NCBI GenBank assembly: GCA_030018915.1
Contig: JASEHE010000004.1
Coordinates: 1-40,322, forward strand
Source: Verrucomicrobiota bacterium
GTDB taxonomy: Bacteria; Verrucomicrobiota; Kiritimatiellia; UBA8416; SLMC01
Reading direction: 5' to 3'
Length of the DNA: 40,322 nt
Both the position numbers and the translations under genes were made by a program. The notes beneath the pieces are model-generated. The model did not search any database, had not been told where the DNA came from, and saw only the letters and a list, made by a program, of their open reading frames with translations. Below are positions 1 through 9,709 of this stretch, in pieces (the first letter of the stretch is position 1; every line of letters starts with the position of its first letter).

Positions 1-334
1 TTTTCAGGAGGTTACACCTTCTCCACTTTTACAGGAAGTATCGGACATCACCGGTTGCGTCGCATTCACCGCTTGAATTTGCGCCTGTTCAACTGCAATG
101 CAGTTGCAGTATCAGCGACCGCCAACGTGTAATTTCCGGAGGATTCAGACCGTGAAATGACAGCAACCCGATTGATCGAACACGAAGGTCAACGCATTTC
201 ACTCAATGTTCATCGAGTGAAGACAACGGACTCTGTTCAAACGCAAATTGTGGGTTCAACGCAATCAGGATAAGCGGGCTCGACGACAGGTAGGCGAGGT
301 TGGCCGCGGTAATTGGAAACGCGGCGGTCAAACT

Positions 335-1993
335 TCACGGCGCAAGCAGCCGTTCGGCGTCTTCCTTAATCGCAGGGAACTTATCCCGAATCTCATTCAG
401 CCGGCTCTGGACGCCGTCCGGGTTCCCGTTCTCGCGCAGGAAGACCCCGTAGGCAAGGGTCTGCTCGGAACGGATTTTTCGGTCGAGGCTCGTGTCGGCC
501 AAGCAGTACTCGATGATTTTGACCAGTTGGGCCGGGGGAACCTCCGGCCAGGCAATTTTTTCGCCGCCGGTGATCCGGATGCCTTCCTCGGCGGCGCCGA
601 GGATGTCCTTGGCCGAGGCGCCAGAGCTCCACCCCCATTTGTAGGGGCGGGCGTTGAGCGAGTTCATGACGAATGTCTTGAGGTTCCGCAGACACGTCAT
701 GCGCTCCACGTGGGACTTGAGCGCCGCCTTGGCTTCGTCGGTATGCAGTTCCGCCTCCTTGGCAGCTAAGGCCTTCCGCATTTCGTCGTAACGGCACTGC
801 CTGAGCAGTTCCGCCTTCTTGGCTCGGAGATCTCCGACAGCGGCCAATTCATCGGCGATCAGTTTCTTGTGGGCCCCTTCCTTCTTTCGGGTCTCCTCGG
901 CAAGGCGCTTCTGTTCCTTCATCTTGTCGGCCTTTTCCTTCAATGCCAGCACATTCTGAACCGGCTCGCTCATGGCAAAGAGCATCTGCTGAATATCGCT
1001 TTCGCAAACCTTCACGGTCTTCGATTGTTCGTCCAGTTGGAGCAGGCATGGGGTAGACTGCCGTGGCGACGTTGCGCCTGCCACAGTCGCCGCCGCCTGT
1101 TCGGCGAAGGCCAATATGGCATGCGCCGCTTCGGCTTTTTCCGCGATCGCGTCGGCCTCGCCGACGATCCGGCCCATGAGTATGACGATCTCAGGAGGCC
1201 TAGGCGGCGGCAGCCTTCCAGGACGCGGGCGGGCCACGGGCTCCCTGGCCGGCGGAGCTTTCTCTTCGGGCGTGGGCGGCGAGTCGGGCGCAGGAGCCCC
1301 CTCGTCCGGCTGGCGGGCCGACCCGAACCGCTTACGTGTGGCATCCAACTGGGCACGAGTCATTTCGCCTGGCGGCGCGTCGTCATCCCCGGCCGGTTGG
1401 GCCTGGGGCGCTGGCTCCGGCTTCTTGGTCTCGCTGCGGCGTTCCTCCTGGACTTTGCGCAGGGCGGCGAGCTGGTCATTGCTGAGAACTCCTTCCGGTT
1501 CTTTGGAGAAGGGTTGCCTGGAAGCGGCCGGTTTGTCGCCCTTGGCTGAGTCCTTCTCTTTCTGGGCTTTGCGCAAGGCGTCAAGCTGGTCGTTGCCGAG
1601 AATGCCCTCCGGGTCCCGGGGAGGTGGTGGCTTGGGCGCAGTTGCGGGCTTCTCCGCCTTGGTCTGGTTCGGTTCCTTTGGATGAGGAGTATCCGAGATA
1701 TGCAGAGGCAGATACCGCTTGACCTGCTCGCGGTCGAATTGCGCGCCCGTGACGGCGAACACAGCGTCTTCGGCTTTGCGCGCCTGCTGCTGCGCAGTGG
1801 CGTTCAGGGCCGCGATATTGGTCACCGCACCGTGAATAAAGAGCAGGCACCGGACGGCGTTTGCCTTGTGATGGGCAAGCGTTTCGCCGGCTTCGCGCCG
1901 CTTTCGCGTCTTCTCCTGCTCTACCCTGAAACAAAAGAAGCCGAGCCCGAGCAAGAACAAAACTAGCGGTACGAAGATGCGCGCATATTTCAT
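335..1993 (-). CDS. Hypothetical membrane-anchored protein (N-terminal hydrophobic helix, Pro/Ala/Lys-rich linker with 3 short repeats, coiled-coil, C-terminal globular domain)
   Basis: 552-aa ORF. The N-terminus MKYARIFVPLVLFLLGLGFFCF is a TM or signal segment, followed by a low-complexity middle and helical regions. A good upstream promoter is present. Confidence 0.75.
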   Translation of the reverse strand: MKYARIFVPLVLFLLGLGFFCFRVEQEKTRKRREAGETLAHHKANAVRCLLFIHGAVTNIAALNATAQQQARKAEDAVFAVTGAQFDREQVKRYLPLHISDTPHPKEPNQTKAEKPATAPKPPPPRDPEGILGNDQLDALRKAQKEKDSAKGDKPAASRQPFSKEPEGVLSNDQLAALRKVQEERRSETKKPEPAPQAQPAGDDDAPPGEMTRAQLDATRKRFGSARQPDEGAPAPDSPPTPEEKAPPAREPVARPRPGRLPPPRPPEIVILMGRIVGEADAIAEKAEAAHAILAFAEQAAATVAGATSPRQSTPCLLQLDEQSKTVKVCESDIQQMLFAMSEPVQNVLALKEKADKMKEQKRLAEETRKKEGAHKKLIADELAAVGDLRAKKAELLRQCRYDEMRKALAAKEAELHTDEAKAALKSHVERMTCLRNLKTFVMNSLNARPYKWGWSSGASAKDILGAAEEGIRITGGEKIAWPEVPPAQLVKIIEYCLADTSLDRKIRSEQTLAYGVFLRENGNPDGVQSRLNEIRDKFPAIKEDAERLLAP

Positions 1994-2024
1994 GGCGAGC
2001 CACCTTCAAAACGAAGGCCAATGA

Positions 2025-2054
2025 AATATATGGCATACCACAGGATCGTGTCAA
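2025..2054 (-). promoter_or_regulatory. Putative sigma70 promoter of the 552-aa gene
   Basis: Minus strand TTGACA (2054-2049), 18 bp spacer, TATATT (2030-2025). Confidence 0.55.
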
Positions 2055-2188
2055 CGGCAGGATGGCGGTTTTTGATTGTTCTGTGAGAGAATGCTGGCAA
2101 ACCGCCGGCTTCCCGATCAAAGGGATGCTTCTTTCATCTGCCTGGAATGGGCCGTTCGAATCCCGGAAGGCAGAGGCTGGTGAACCCG

Positions 2189-4129
2189 ATGAGTGTCGAC
2201 ACGCAGGACGCAGGCCAAGACGCGGCGGCCGCGCCATCGTCCGGGCTTGGGGTCGCCACGTCGCATGCGTTGGGGATTGGTTCTGGGCGCGCTGGGGGTG
2301 GTGTATGGCGACATCGGCACCTCGCCGCTCTACGCCGTGCGGGAATGCTTCAACCCCGAAGGCGGGGCGGCTCCGTCGGTAGAAAACGTTCTGGGCGTTC
2401 TCTCGCTGATCTTCTGGGCGCTGATCCTGCTCGTCGGCGTGAAATACCACGTGACGGTCTTGCGCGTGGACAACGCCGGTGAGGGGGGGGATCCTGGCGC
2501 TCTTGACGCGAGTGGTGTCCTACCCGGTCGCCAGGCGGCCGTTCCTGAACCGGCGATTCGCTGTGGTGCTGGGATTGTGCGGCGCCGCGCTATTTGGTGG
2601 CGGACGGCATGATCACTCCGGCCATAATCGGTGCTGAGCGCGATGGAGGGGCTGAACCTAGCGACCCACGCTCTTCATCCCTACGTTGTGCCGATCACCG
2701 TGGCGGTGCTGATGGGATTGTTCATGGTCCAGCGCTATGGAACAGGCCGGATCGGGGGGGTCTTCGGCCCGATCATGCTGCTCTGGTTCGCTGTCCTTGC
2801 GCTGCTCGGGTTTGTGTGGGTCGTCCGCGAACCCCGGGTCCTCTGGGCGCTGAATCCCGCGCATGCCGTGATGTTCTTCGTCCGCAATGGCTGGCATGGC
2901 ACGCTGGTTTTCGGCGCCGTGATCCTTTGCGTCACGGGATGCGAGGCGCTCTACGCCGACATGGGGCACTTTGGACGGAAGCCGCTGACGCTGGCCTGGT
3001 TCTGGTTGGTATTCCCGGCTTTCTTGCTCAACTACTTCGGACAGGGCGCTTGCGTCATGATCCATACGGGGGAGCCCGTGGGCAACTTGTTCTACCGGCT
3101 GGCCCCTGGACCCTTCCTGTATCCCCTGATCCTCCTGGCCACGGTCGCGACAGTGATCGCCTCGCAGGCGCTTATTTCGAGCATGTTCTCCCTCGCGCGC
3201 CAGGCCATCTTGCTCGATGTTTTTCCCCGCATGGGCATCGTTCACACTTCCTCGGAGATTGAGGGCCGAATCTACGTGCCCGTGGTGAACGCGACCCTCT
3301 TCTTGGCCACGATCGGACTGGTCCTGGGTTTCCGTCAATCCTCCAGCCTGGCTGGCGCATACGGCGTGGCGGTGATCGGGGTGATGATGATCACGACCCT
3401 GCTCCTCGGCGCCGTTCAAATCGAGCAGTGGAAATGGCCCCTCTGGCAGGTCATCGCCATGAGCGGAACGCTCCTCGTGATCGAGACAGCGTTCCTGATG
3501 GGCAACGCGCCGAAAGTCGAACACGGCGCGTGGTTCCCGTTGGCGGCCGGGCTCGGCGTGTTCCTCGTGCTCAACACGTGGCGGAAAGGAAAGATCACCC
3601 TCGCGCGCGGCGCCGGGAAGCGGATGGGTTGACGCTGGACGACATCGTCAAACAACTGGCTGCGGAACCCATCCATCGCGTGCCGGGGACCGCGCTGTTC
3701 ATGCTCCGCCCGAAATCCGCTCCACGCGCGCTGCTGCACCACCTCAAGCACAACAAAGTGCTCCATGAACGGATTCTGCTCCTGTCCGTGACAACGGAGG
3801 AGGTCCCCATGGTTCCGGAGGCGTGGCAGGTCTCGGTCGAGGATTTCCCGGGCGGTTTCACAAGGATTCGCGCGCGCTGCGGGTTCATGCAGAGCGTCAA
3901 TGTCCAGCGCCTGCTCCAACTGGGCGAGTCACAGGGGTTGAAATTGCCGCGTGGCGAGATCAGCTACTACGTGGGGCGCATGACTCTGCGGGCGACCGGC
4001 AGTTCGAAGATGTGGCGATGGCAGAAGCGGCTGTTCGTTTTTCTTTTCCACAATGAGCGGTCGCCGGCCGATCACTTCGGCCTGCCGCCCAACCGCGTCA
4101 TCGAGCTCGGCCAGCAGGAGGAAATCTAG
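2189..4129 (+). pseudogene. kup: KUP/HAK/KT potassium transporter, frameshifted (pseudogene or consensus errors)
   Basis: Kup motifs are spread over several frames: [98 protein letters not shown]. Apparent shifts lie near 2272, 2483, 2593, 2626 and 3605. Confidence 0.9.
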
Positions 4130-6021
4130 CCCAAAAGCTTTGCTTTCAGAGCCAGGTAGCGCCGTGTGTAGCGGGCGCCCATCAAGGATTCGCGGTGATC
4201 GAACCCGAAGGCCCGGCGCTTTACGGCCAGGATCGGCGGCGCCTGGATTCGCTTCACTAGGCCCATGCCCTGGTACCGATTCCACCAGCGCTCGAGATCC
4301 GCGATGAACACGTCCGGAGTTCCGAACAGTTTCCCGATCCGACCCGCGTATCCCAGCTTCTTCTCCAGGCGCCCGGCCGCGTACCATTCGAGAATCTCCT
4401 CCGGCGTGGTCCGGTTCCAGCGCTCTACCCAGCTCATGAACAACCGATCGTGGTACGGGTAAAACAGCGGATCGCCTTGGCCCGTGTCCACGTTCTGGGC
4501 GGCGCTCAGCTCCGCGGACGGTGTGAGATCGAAGATTCCCGCCGGGATAATGGTTCGCCGGTAGACCGCCCGGTTCAGGTGTCGGCCGAGCGCATAGACC
4601 TCCATCTTCCACAGGTCGGCGATGTTGGCGAGGTAGCCGCACAGGTCGCCGTAGAGCGTCGTGTAGCCCACGGTGGCTTCGGACTTGTTCGCGTTGCAGG
4701 TGAACACGCCGCCAAAGGCCGCGGCGATGGCTGCCAGAACCCGCGACGACCGATCCCGGGCCTGGACGTTTTCCGTCATGAAGCCGCTCAGTTCGAGGCG
4801 CTGCGGTGGCAGGCGGTCCGAAGCGCGGATTCGTCGCCCGTTGATCTGGCGGCGTGTGAGTCTCACGCTCTCTCGGATCGGCAGTTCCTTGTAGAAGCAG
4901 CCGAGATTGGCGGCCAGTTCGCGCGCCAGCCGGATCGTGGTGGGTGAGGTGAACGGGCCCGGCATGTTGACGAGCAGCAGGTAGTCCGGTGAGAGAATCC
5001 GCCGGTAGCCGGCGGCGACCACGGCGGAGTCGATGCCGCCGGACACGCCTACGGTCACTCGCTTTATCCCGCACAGGTGGAGGAACTTGCGGGTGCCGTA
5101 CTCAATGGCCCGGTAGACCTCGGCGATGTCGTCTTCGACCGGCCGCGCCGTCTCGCCCAGGCGGGCCGACGGTGCAATGGGCAGATCGAGGGTCAACTGG
5201 GCCTCGCTGAACGGCGAGGCCGCGCTCACGACGCGGCCGCGCTGGTCGTAGATGCAGGAGGCGCCGTCGAACGTGAACACGGTTTTGCCGTTGTTTTGAA
5301 TGCCCGTGTGGTTGACGTAGAGCAGTGGCCGCCCGAACCGGCGCGCGTGAGCGGCATAGAGACGGTTGCGCTTGTGGTTCTTGTTCAGCGTGAAGGGCGA
5401 GGAGCTGATGTTGACGAAGAGGTCCACGCCGCGGCGCGACAGGATTTCCAGCGGCGAGATCGAGTAATCGCTGTCCCAAGCATCCTCGCAAAGCAGACAG
5501 CCCAGCGACAGCCGGCCGATCCGGATCGGGCGAGTGAGCCTTTCGGTCGGCGTTCCCAGCTCGTCGGCGAGTTTGCGCAGATCGCAGAAGTGCCGGCTGT
5601 CGTCGAACTGCCGGTAGTTCGGGTGAAACGTCTTCTTGATGACGAAAGGATAGGGCCCGCCCCGGGGAGCGACCGGCCGGCGGTCGTGGGCGGCGAACAG
5701 CGCGTTGTATTTCCGGACGCGGCCGTCTTCATTGCGCTTTGCCCAGTCCACGGCAACACTGCCGAACACGACGATCATGCGGTCGGACGCAGCCACGAGC
5801 GCGCGGGCGCAGCTTTCGCATTCGCGGAGGAACGCCTCGCGCTCCCATTCGTCGCCGATGAGGCAGCCCGGAATGGCCATTTCCGGGAACACGAGCAGCT
5901 CGACGCGATCGGTCCGGGCCGCCCGGACCTGCTCGAGCATGCGGGCGGCGTTGTCGGCGGGGCGTCCCGGAAGCACCTCCATCTGGACCAGGCGCGCGCG
6001 GATGACGCGGGAGGCGCTCAT
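4126..6021 (-). CDS. nadE: Glutamine-dependent NAD+ synthetase
   Basis: N-terminal nitrilase domain with the E-K-C triad (FPEM, IKKT, LCEDAW). Synthetase motifs GVSGGIDS, ENVQARDR, NKSE, GYTTLYGD and PSAEL. Start placed at MSASRV (ATG 6021), overlapping the upstream stop. Confidence 0.93.
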   Translation of the reverse strand: MSASRVIRARLVQMEVLPGRPADNAARMLEQVRAARTDRVELLVFPEMAIPGCLIGDEWEREAFLRECESCARALVAASDRMIVVFGSVAVDWAKRNEDGRVRKYNALFAAHDRRPVAPRGGPYPFVIKKTFHPNYRQFDDSRHFCDLRKLADELGTPTERLTRPIRIGRLSLGCLLCEDAWDSDYSISPLEILSRRGVDLFVNISSSPFTLNKNHKRNRLYAAHARRFGRPLLYVNHTGIQNNGKTVFTFDGASCIYDQRGRVVSAASPFSEAQLTLDLPIAPSARLGETARPVEDDIAEVYRAIEYGTRKFLHLCGIKRVTVGVSGGIDSAVVAAGYRRILSPDYLLLVNMPGPFTSPTTIRLARELAANLGCFYKELPIRESVRLTRRQINGRRIRASDRLPPQRLELSGFMTENVQARDRSSRVLAAIAAAFGGVFTCNANKSEATVGYTTLYGDLCGYLANIADLWKMEVYALGRHLNRAVYRRTIIPAGIFDLTPSAELSAAQNVDTGQGDPLFYPYHDRLFMSWVERWNRTTPEEILEWYAAGRLEKKLGYAGRIGKLFGTPDVFIADLERWWNRYQGMGLVKRIQAPPILAVKRRAFGFDHRESLMGARYTRRYLALKAKLLG

Positions 6022-6167
6022 CGGTCGCCCTTCCACGGGGTCTTGCCCCAGCGCTCTTCCTCGAGCCGGCGCAGCCTGCGAAAGAAGCTCCGCAGTGTGA
6101 AGAACGTGACGCCGACTGTCAGAAGCGTTACGACGAGCATAATCGCCAGCTTGAAGATCTCATTCAT
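6018..6167 (-). CDS. Small single-pass membrane protein (49 aa), translationally coupled to nadE
   Basis: MNEIFKLAIMLVVTLLTVGVTFFTLRSFFRRLRRLEEERWGKTPWKGDR: one TM helix and a basic tail. ATGA overlap with nadE, and a promoter directly upstream. Confidence 0.65.
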   Translation of the reverse strand: MNEIFKLAIMLVVTLLTVGVTFFTLRSFFRRLRRLEEERWGKTPWKGDR

Positions 6168-6177
6168 AGCTGGAGGA

Positions 6178-6206
6178 AGTATAGGAGGACGGCGAGCCGG
6201 CGACAA
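6178..6206 (-). promoter_or_regulatory. Putative sigma70 promoter for small ORF-nadE (near-leaderless)
   Basis: Minus strand TTGTCG (6206-6201), 17 bp spacer, TATACT (6183-6178). Only 10 nt separate the -10 box from the ATG at 6167. Confidence 0.55.
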
Positions 6207-6283
6207 CAGGAATTACCGCTGCCGTTTGCCGCGCTTTCCGCGCGCGCTGCTCCGTCAATTTCCGGATCGGGCGCTATCTTGAA

Positions 6284-6312
6284 TTGATTTCTGAAGAGGG
6301 ACATGGTAGGTT
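6284..6312 (+). promoter_or_regulatory. Putative sigma70 promoter for mmsA-aminotransferase
   Basis: TTGATT (6284-6289), 17 bp spacer, TAGGTT (6307-6312) with an extended -10 TG. Confidence 0.4.
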
Positions 6313-6346
6313 CAAAGAATTGATCCCCAAACGGGATCGCATAGTT

Positions 6347-7873
6347 ATGTCCAAAAGCAAACCTAAGCGATTGAAGCTGCTCATCAACGGGGAATGGATC
6401 GAATCCAAGAGCGGCCGGCACATGCCGGTCACCAACAGCAGTACCGGCGAAGTCATGGCGGAAACGCCGAAGGCCACGGCTGCGGAGGTGAACATGGCGG
6501 TCGAAGCAGCCGCAGCCGCGTACCCTGAGTGGCGCGACACGCCGATCACCAAGCGCGTCCAGGTGATGTTCAAGCTCAAGGAACTCCTCGAGAAGAACTT
6601 GGGCGAATTGGCTGTCCTGGTGGCCACGGAGATGGGCAAGAACTACCAGGAAGCGCGCGGCGACGCGCTGAAGGCCATCGAGGTGGTGGAACTGGCCTGC
6701 GCGCTGCCGGTCACCATGCAGGGCCGGTCGCTGATGAACTGTTCCGCCCGTTTCGACACGGTGACCTATCGCGAGCCACTGGGCGTTTTCGCGGGCATCG
6801 CGCCCTGGAATTTCCCGGCAATGATTCCCATGGGCTGGATGACCCCGCTGGCCCTCACCACGGGCAACACCTGCGTCCTGAAGGCGGCGAGTTTTGTGCC
6901 GCAGAGCTCCATGCGCGTCGCCGAACTGCTCTACGAAGCCGGACTCCCAAAAGGCGTGTTCAACCTGGTGACCGCCGGACGCGACGAGGCGGAACTGCTC
7001 ATCAAACATCCTGCGGTCAGGGGCATTTCCTTCGTGGGATCCACCCAGGTGGGCCGGCACATCTACGCCACAGCCTCGGCCGGCGGAAAGCGCGTCCAGT
7101 GTCTCACCGAGGCCAAGAATCACGCCCTCGTGCTGAGGGACGCGCCGATCCGGGCCACGGCCCAGCGCATCATCAACTCCGCCTTCGGCTGCGCCGGCCA
7201 GCGATGCATGGCCTTGTCGGCGATCGCCGTCGAGGATACGATCGCGGACGAGCTGGTGGCCACGATCAGCGAATTGGCCCTGCAGCTCAAGATCGGGCCG
7301 GCCTGGGAACCGACCACGGAGTTGGGCCCGGTCTGCACGGACGAGCACCTGCGATTCGTGATCGACTGGATCGAGAAATCGGCAAAGGAAGGCGCCAAGC
7401 TCGTTCTCGACGGCCGCGGCGTGAAGGTCCCCGGCTGCGAGGGCGGCTATTTTATCGGCCCCACGATCTTCGACCACGTCACGCCGGAGATGAGTTGCGG
7501 CTGGCAGGAAGTGTTCGGCCCGGCGCTGTATGTCAAGCGTGTCAAGGATTTCGAGGACGGCATCCGGACGATCAACAGCAGCGAGTTCGCCAACGGCGCC
7601 TCGATCTTCACTCAGAGCGGCTACCACGCCCGCGAGTTCACACGCAGGATCGACGCCGGTATGGTCGGCGTGAACGTGGGCATTCCAGTGCCGATCTCCG
7701 TGTTCCCGTTCTGCGGGCACAAGAACAGCTTCTTCGGCGACCTGCACGTCATGGGCCAGGACGGAGTCGCGTTCTTCACTGAAACCAAGGCGGTGACCAG
7801 TTACTGGTTCGACGACAACGACAAGAAGGGCGACCGGGTGGGAACCTGGGAAGGCACGATCACGCGGACCTGA
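6347..7873 (+). CDS. mmsA: CoA-acylating methylmalonate/malonate-semialdehyde dehydrogenase (ALDH family)
   Basis: IAPWNFPAMIP, SFVGST, AKNH, SAFGCAGQRCMA (catalytic Cys), EVFGP and GMVGVNVGIPVP. Start placed at MSKSK. Confidence 0.92.
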   Translation: MSKSKPKRLKLLINGEWIESKSGRHMPVTNSSTGEVMAETPKATAAEVNMAVEAAAAAYPEWRDTPITKRVQVMFKLKELLEKNLGELAVLVATEMGKNYQEARGDALKAIEVVELACALPVTMQGRSLMNCSARFDTVTYREPLGVFAGIAPWNFPAMIPMGWMTPLALTTGNTCVLKAASFVPQSSMRVAELLYEAGLPKGVFNLVTAGRDEAELLIKHPAVRGISFVGSTQVGRHIYATASAGGKRVQCLTEAKNHALVLRDAPIRATAQRIINSAFGCAGQRCMALSAIAVEDTIADELVATISELALQLKIGPAWEPTTELGPVCTDEHLRFVIDWIEKSAKEGAKLVLDGRGVKVPGCEGGYFIGPTIFDHVTPEMSCGWQEVFGPALYVKRVKDFEDGIRTINSSEFANGASIFTQSGYHAREFTRRIDAGMVGVNVGIPVPISVFPFCGHKNSFFGDLHVMGQDGVAFFTETKAVTSYWFDDNDKKGDRVGTWEGTITRT

Positions 7874-7889
7874 CGGGGGAGGCGATGAC

Positions 7890-9185
7890 ATGACGACGCA
7901 GGAGCTCTACGATAAATACATGATCACGAGCATGGTGGCCGGGTTCGAGCCGGTCGTCGTGGACCGAGCGTCCGGCTGCGCGTACATCGAGCCGGACGGA
8001 AAGCAGTACCTGGACTGCTTTGCCGGCATTGCGGTGTGCAACGCCGGGCACGGGCACCCCAGGGTGGTCGCAGCGGCCAAGGCGCAGATAGACAAGCTGA
8101 TCCACTGCTGCACCTACGTCTACTACAGCCCGAAAGCGGCCGAACTGGCCAAGCTGCTGGCCGAGGCGACGCCGGGCGCGCTGCAAAAATCGTTTCTTGC
8201 GAACTCCGGCGCTGAGGCGATCGAAGGCGCGTTGCGCCTGGCCAAGCAGTTCACGAAGAGGCGTGAGATCGTGGCGCTGAGCCAGGGCTTCCACGGCCGC
8301 AGCTACGCGGCGCTGTCGGTCACGGGCAACTGGGCCCGGAAAAAGGGGGCCGGCCCCTATATGCCCGGCGTGGCGTTCGCGCCGGCGCCGGACTGCTACC
8401 GCTGCCCGTTCGGACATTCGGGCCCGGCGAAGTGCGGGATGGCTTGCGCCAAGCACATGGACTACGTCATCAAGTACAATACCTCGGCCGACGTGGCCGC
8501 CTTCATCGCCGAACCCATTCTGGGTGAAGGCGGCATCATCGTTCCGCCGGACGGGTACTTCAAGACGATCAAGCGGGTGCTGGACGCCCACAAGGCGCTA
8601 TTCATCTGCGACGAGGCGCAAAGCGGCTTCGGCCGGACCGGCAAGTTTTTTGCTATCGAGCACTACGGCGTAGAGCCGGAAATCATGACCATGGCAAAGG
8701 GCATTGCCGACGGCTTTCCGCTGGCGGCGTTCATCGCCCGCGAGGACGTGGCCGGCGCGTTCACGCCGGGCGACCACCTGTCCACGTTCGGCGGCAGCCC
8801 GGTATCCTGCGCGGCGGCCATTGCCAATATCGGGGTCATGAAGGACGAGAAGATTCCAGATGCGGCCGAGCGGCGCGGCCGGGAGATTTTGGCGCGACTC
8901 AAGGAGTTTCAGAAGAGCTGCAAGCTGGTCGGGGACGTGCGCGGCAAGGGCTTGATGATCGGCGTGGAACTTGTGAAGGACGCGGCCAAGACGCCGGCTG
9001 CGGCGGAAGCCAAGGCCGTGCGCAAGGCCTGCCGCGAGAGCGGAGTTCTGTTCGGACTGGGCGGGTCGCTGGCCAACGTAATCCGCATCCAGCCTCCGCT
9101 TACGATCAGCGCCAAGGAGGCCGACCTGGCCATGGACGTCCTGGAAAAAGCGCTGGCGGAAAAGGCTGTCGAAAAGCTCGCTTGA
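7890..9185 (+). CDS. Class III PLP-dependent aminotransferase (beta-alanine/4-aminobutyrate-type)
   Basis: GKQYLDCFAGIA, NSGAEA, FHGRS, AEPILGEGG, DEAQSGFGRTG, MAKGIADG (PLP Lys) and STFGG. GGAGG RBS, 16 bp downstream of mmsA. Confidence 0.9.
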   Translation: MTTQELYDKYMITSMVAGFEPVVVDRASGCAYIEPDGKQYLDCFAGIAVCNAGHGHPRVVAAAKAQIDKLIHCCTYVYYSPKAAELAKLLAEATPGALQKSFLANSGAEAIEGALRLAKQFTKRREIVALSQGFHGRSYAALSVTGNWARKKGAGPYMPGVAFAPAPDCYRCPFGHSGPAKCGMACAKHMDYVIKYNTSADVAAFIAEPILGEGGIIVPPDGYFKTIKRVLDAHKALFICDEAQSGFGRTGKFFAIEHYGVEPEIMTMAKGIADGFPLAAFIAREDVAGAFTPGDHLSTFGGSPVSCAAAIANIGVMKDEKIPDAAERRGREILARLKEFQKSCKLVGDVRGKGLMIGVELVKDAAKTPAAAEAKAVRKACRESGVLFGLGGSLANVIRIQPPLTISAKEADLAMDVLEKALAEKAVEKLA

Positions 9186-9320
9186 GTAGAAATCCGCGAT
9201 AAGAATACGGCCGCCGCCGTCCGCCACGCCCGCCTGCTGGTCAGGCCCGGGACGACGCTCTGCTCGTGGAAGGCGTGAAGGCGAAGGAGCGGCGGCAGCG
9301 CGGCCGGGACGGGCGCGCGC

Positions 9321-9689
9321 CTACGACGAGCCAGCGGGCGTTTCGTCGACCTCGATGCTCTCCAGGTGGAGCTCCCGCCCGTTCACCACCTCGACGTTGA
9401 CCGACGCGCACCCGGGGCACTCGAACGTCCAGTTCTCCACCGCGGATTCGGCCCCGCAGTCCCGACACTTCAGGCGGATCGGGATGAACCGGATCTTCAG
9501 GACGGAGCCTGCGGCAGGCGTGCCCCGCGTCAGCGCCGCGTACGCGGCTTCGAACGCCTCGGGCACGACCTGCCGCAGCCGACCGACCGCCACGCGCGCC
9601 TTGACCAGCCTCGCCGATCCCAGTCCCCTCCCCTCCATCTCACGCAGCAGGATGGCGAGCAGACTCTCGCACAAAGCGAACTCGTGCAT
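9321..9689 (-). CDS. hypA: Hydrogenase maturation nickel metallochaperone HypA
   Basis: MHE N-terminus, two CxxC motifs (CRDC, CPGC) and GRELHLESIEV. Confidence 0.95.
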   Translation of the reverse strand: MHEFALCESLLAILLREMEGRGLGSARLVKARVAVGRLRQVVPEAFEAAYAALTRGTPAAGSVLKIRFIPIRLKCRDCGAESAVENWTFECPGCASVNVEVVNGRELHLESIEVDETPAGSS

Positions 9690-9709
9690 GGGCTATGGGC
9701 TCCGTCGTG

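Noticed and set aside
157-273. 38-aa ORF MTATRLIEHEGQ... with GGAGG upstream
   Set aside because: The SD is about 14 nt from the ATG and there is no recognisable motif, so support is insufficient.
6164-7891. Long antisense and alternate-frame ORFs (e.g. 6164-7891, 13197-14888, 16655-18256, 22599-24401, 26196-28139, 35398-36954)
   Set aside because: Shadow ORFs of well-supported genes in GC-rich DNA, with no motifs of their own.
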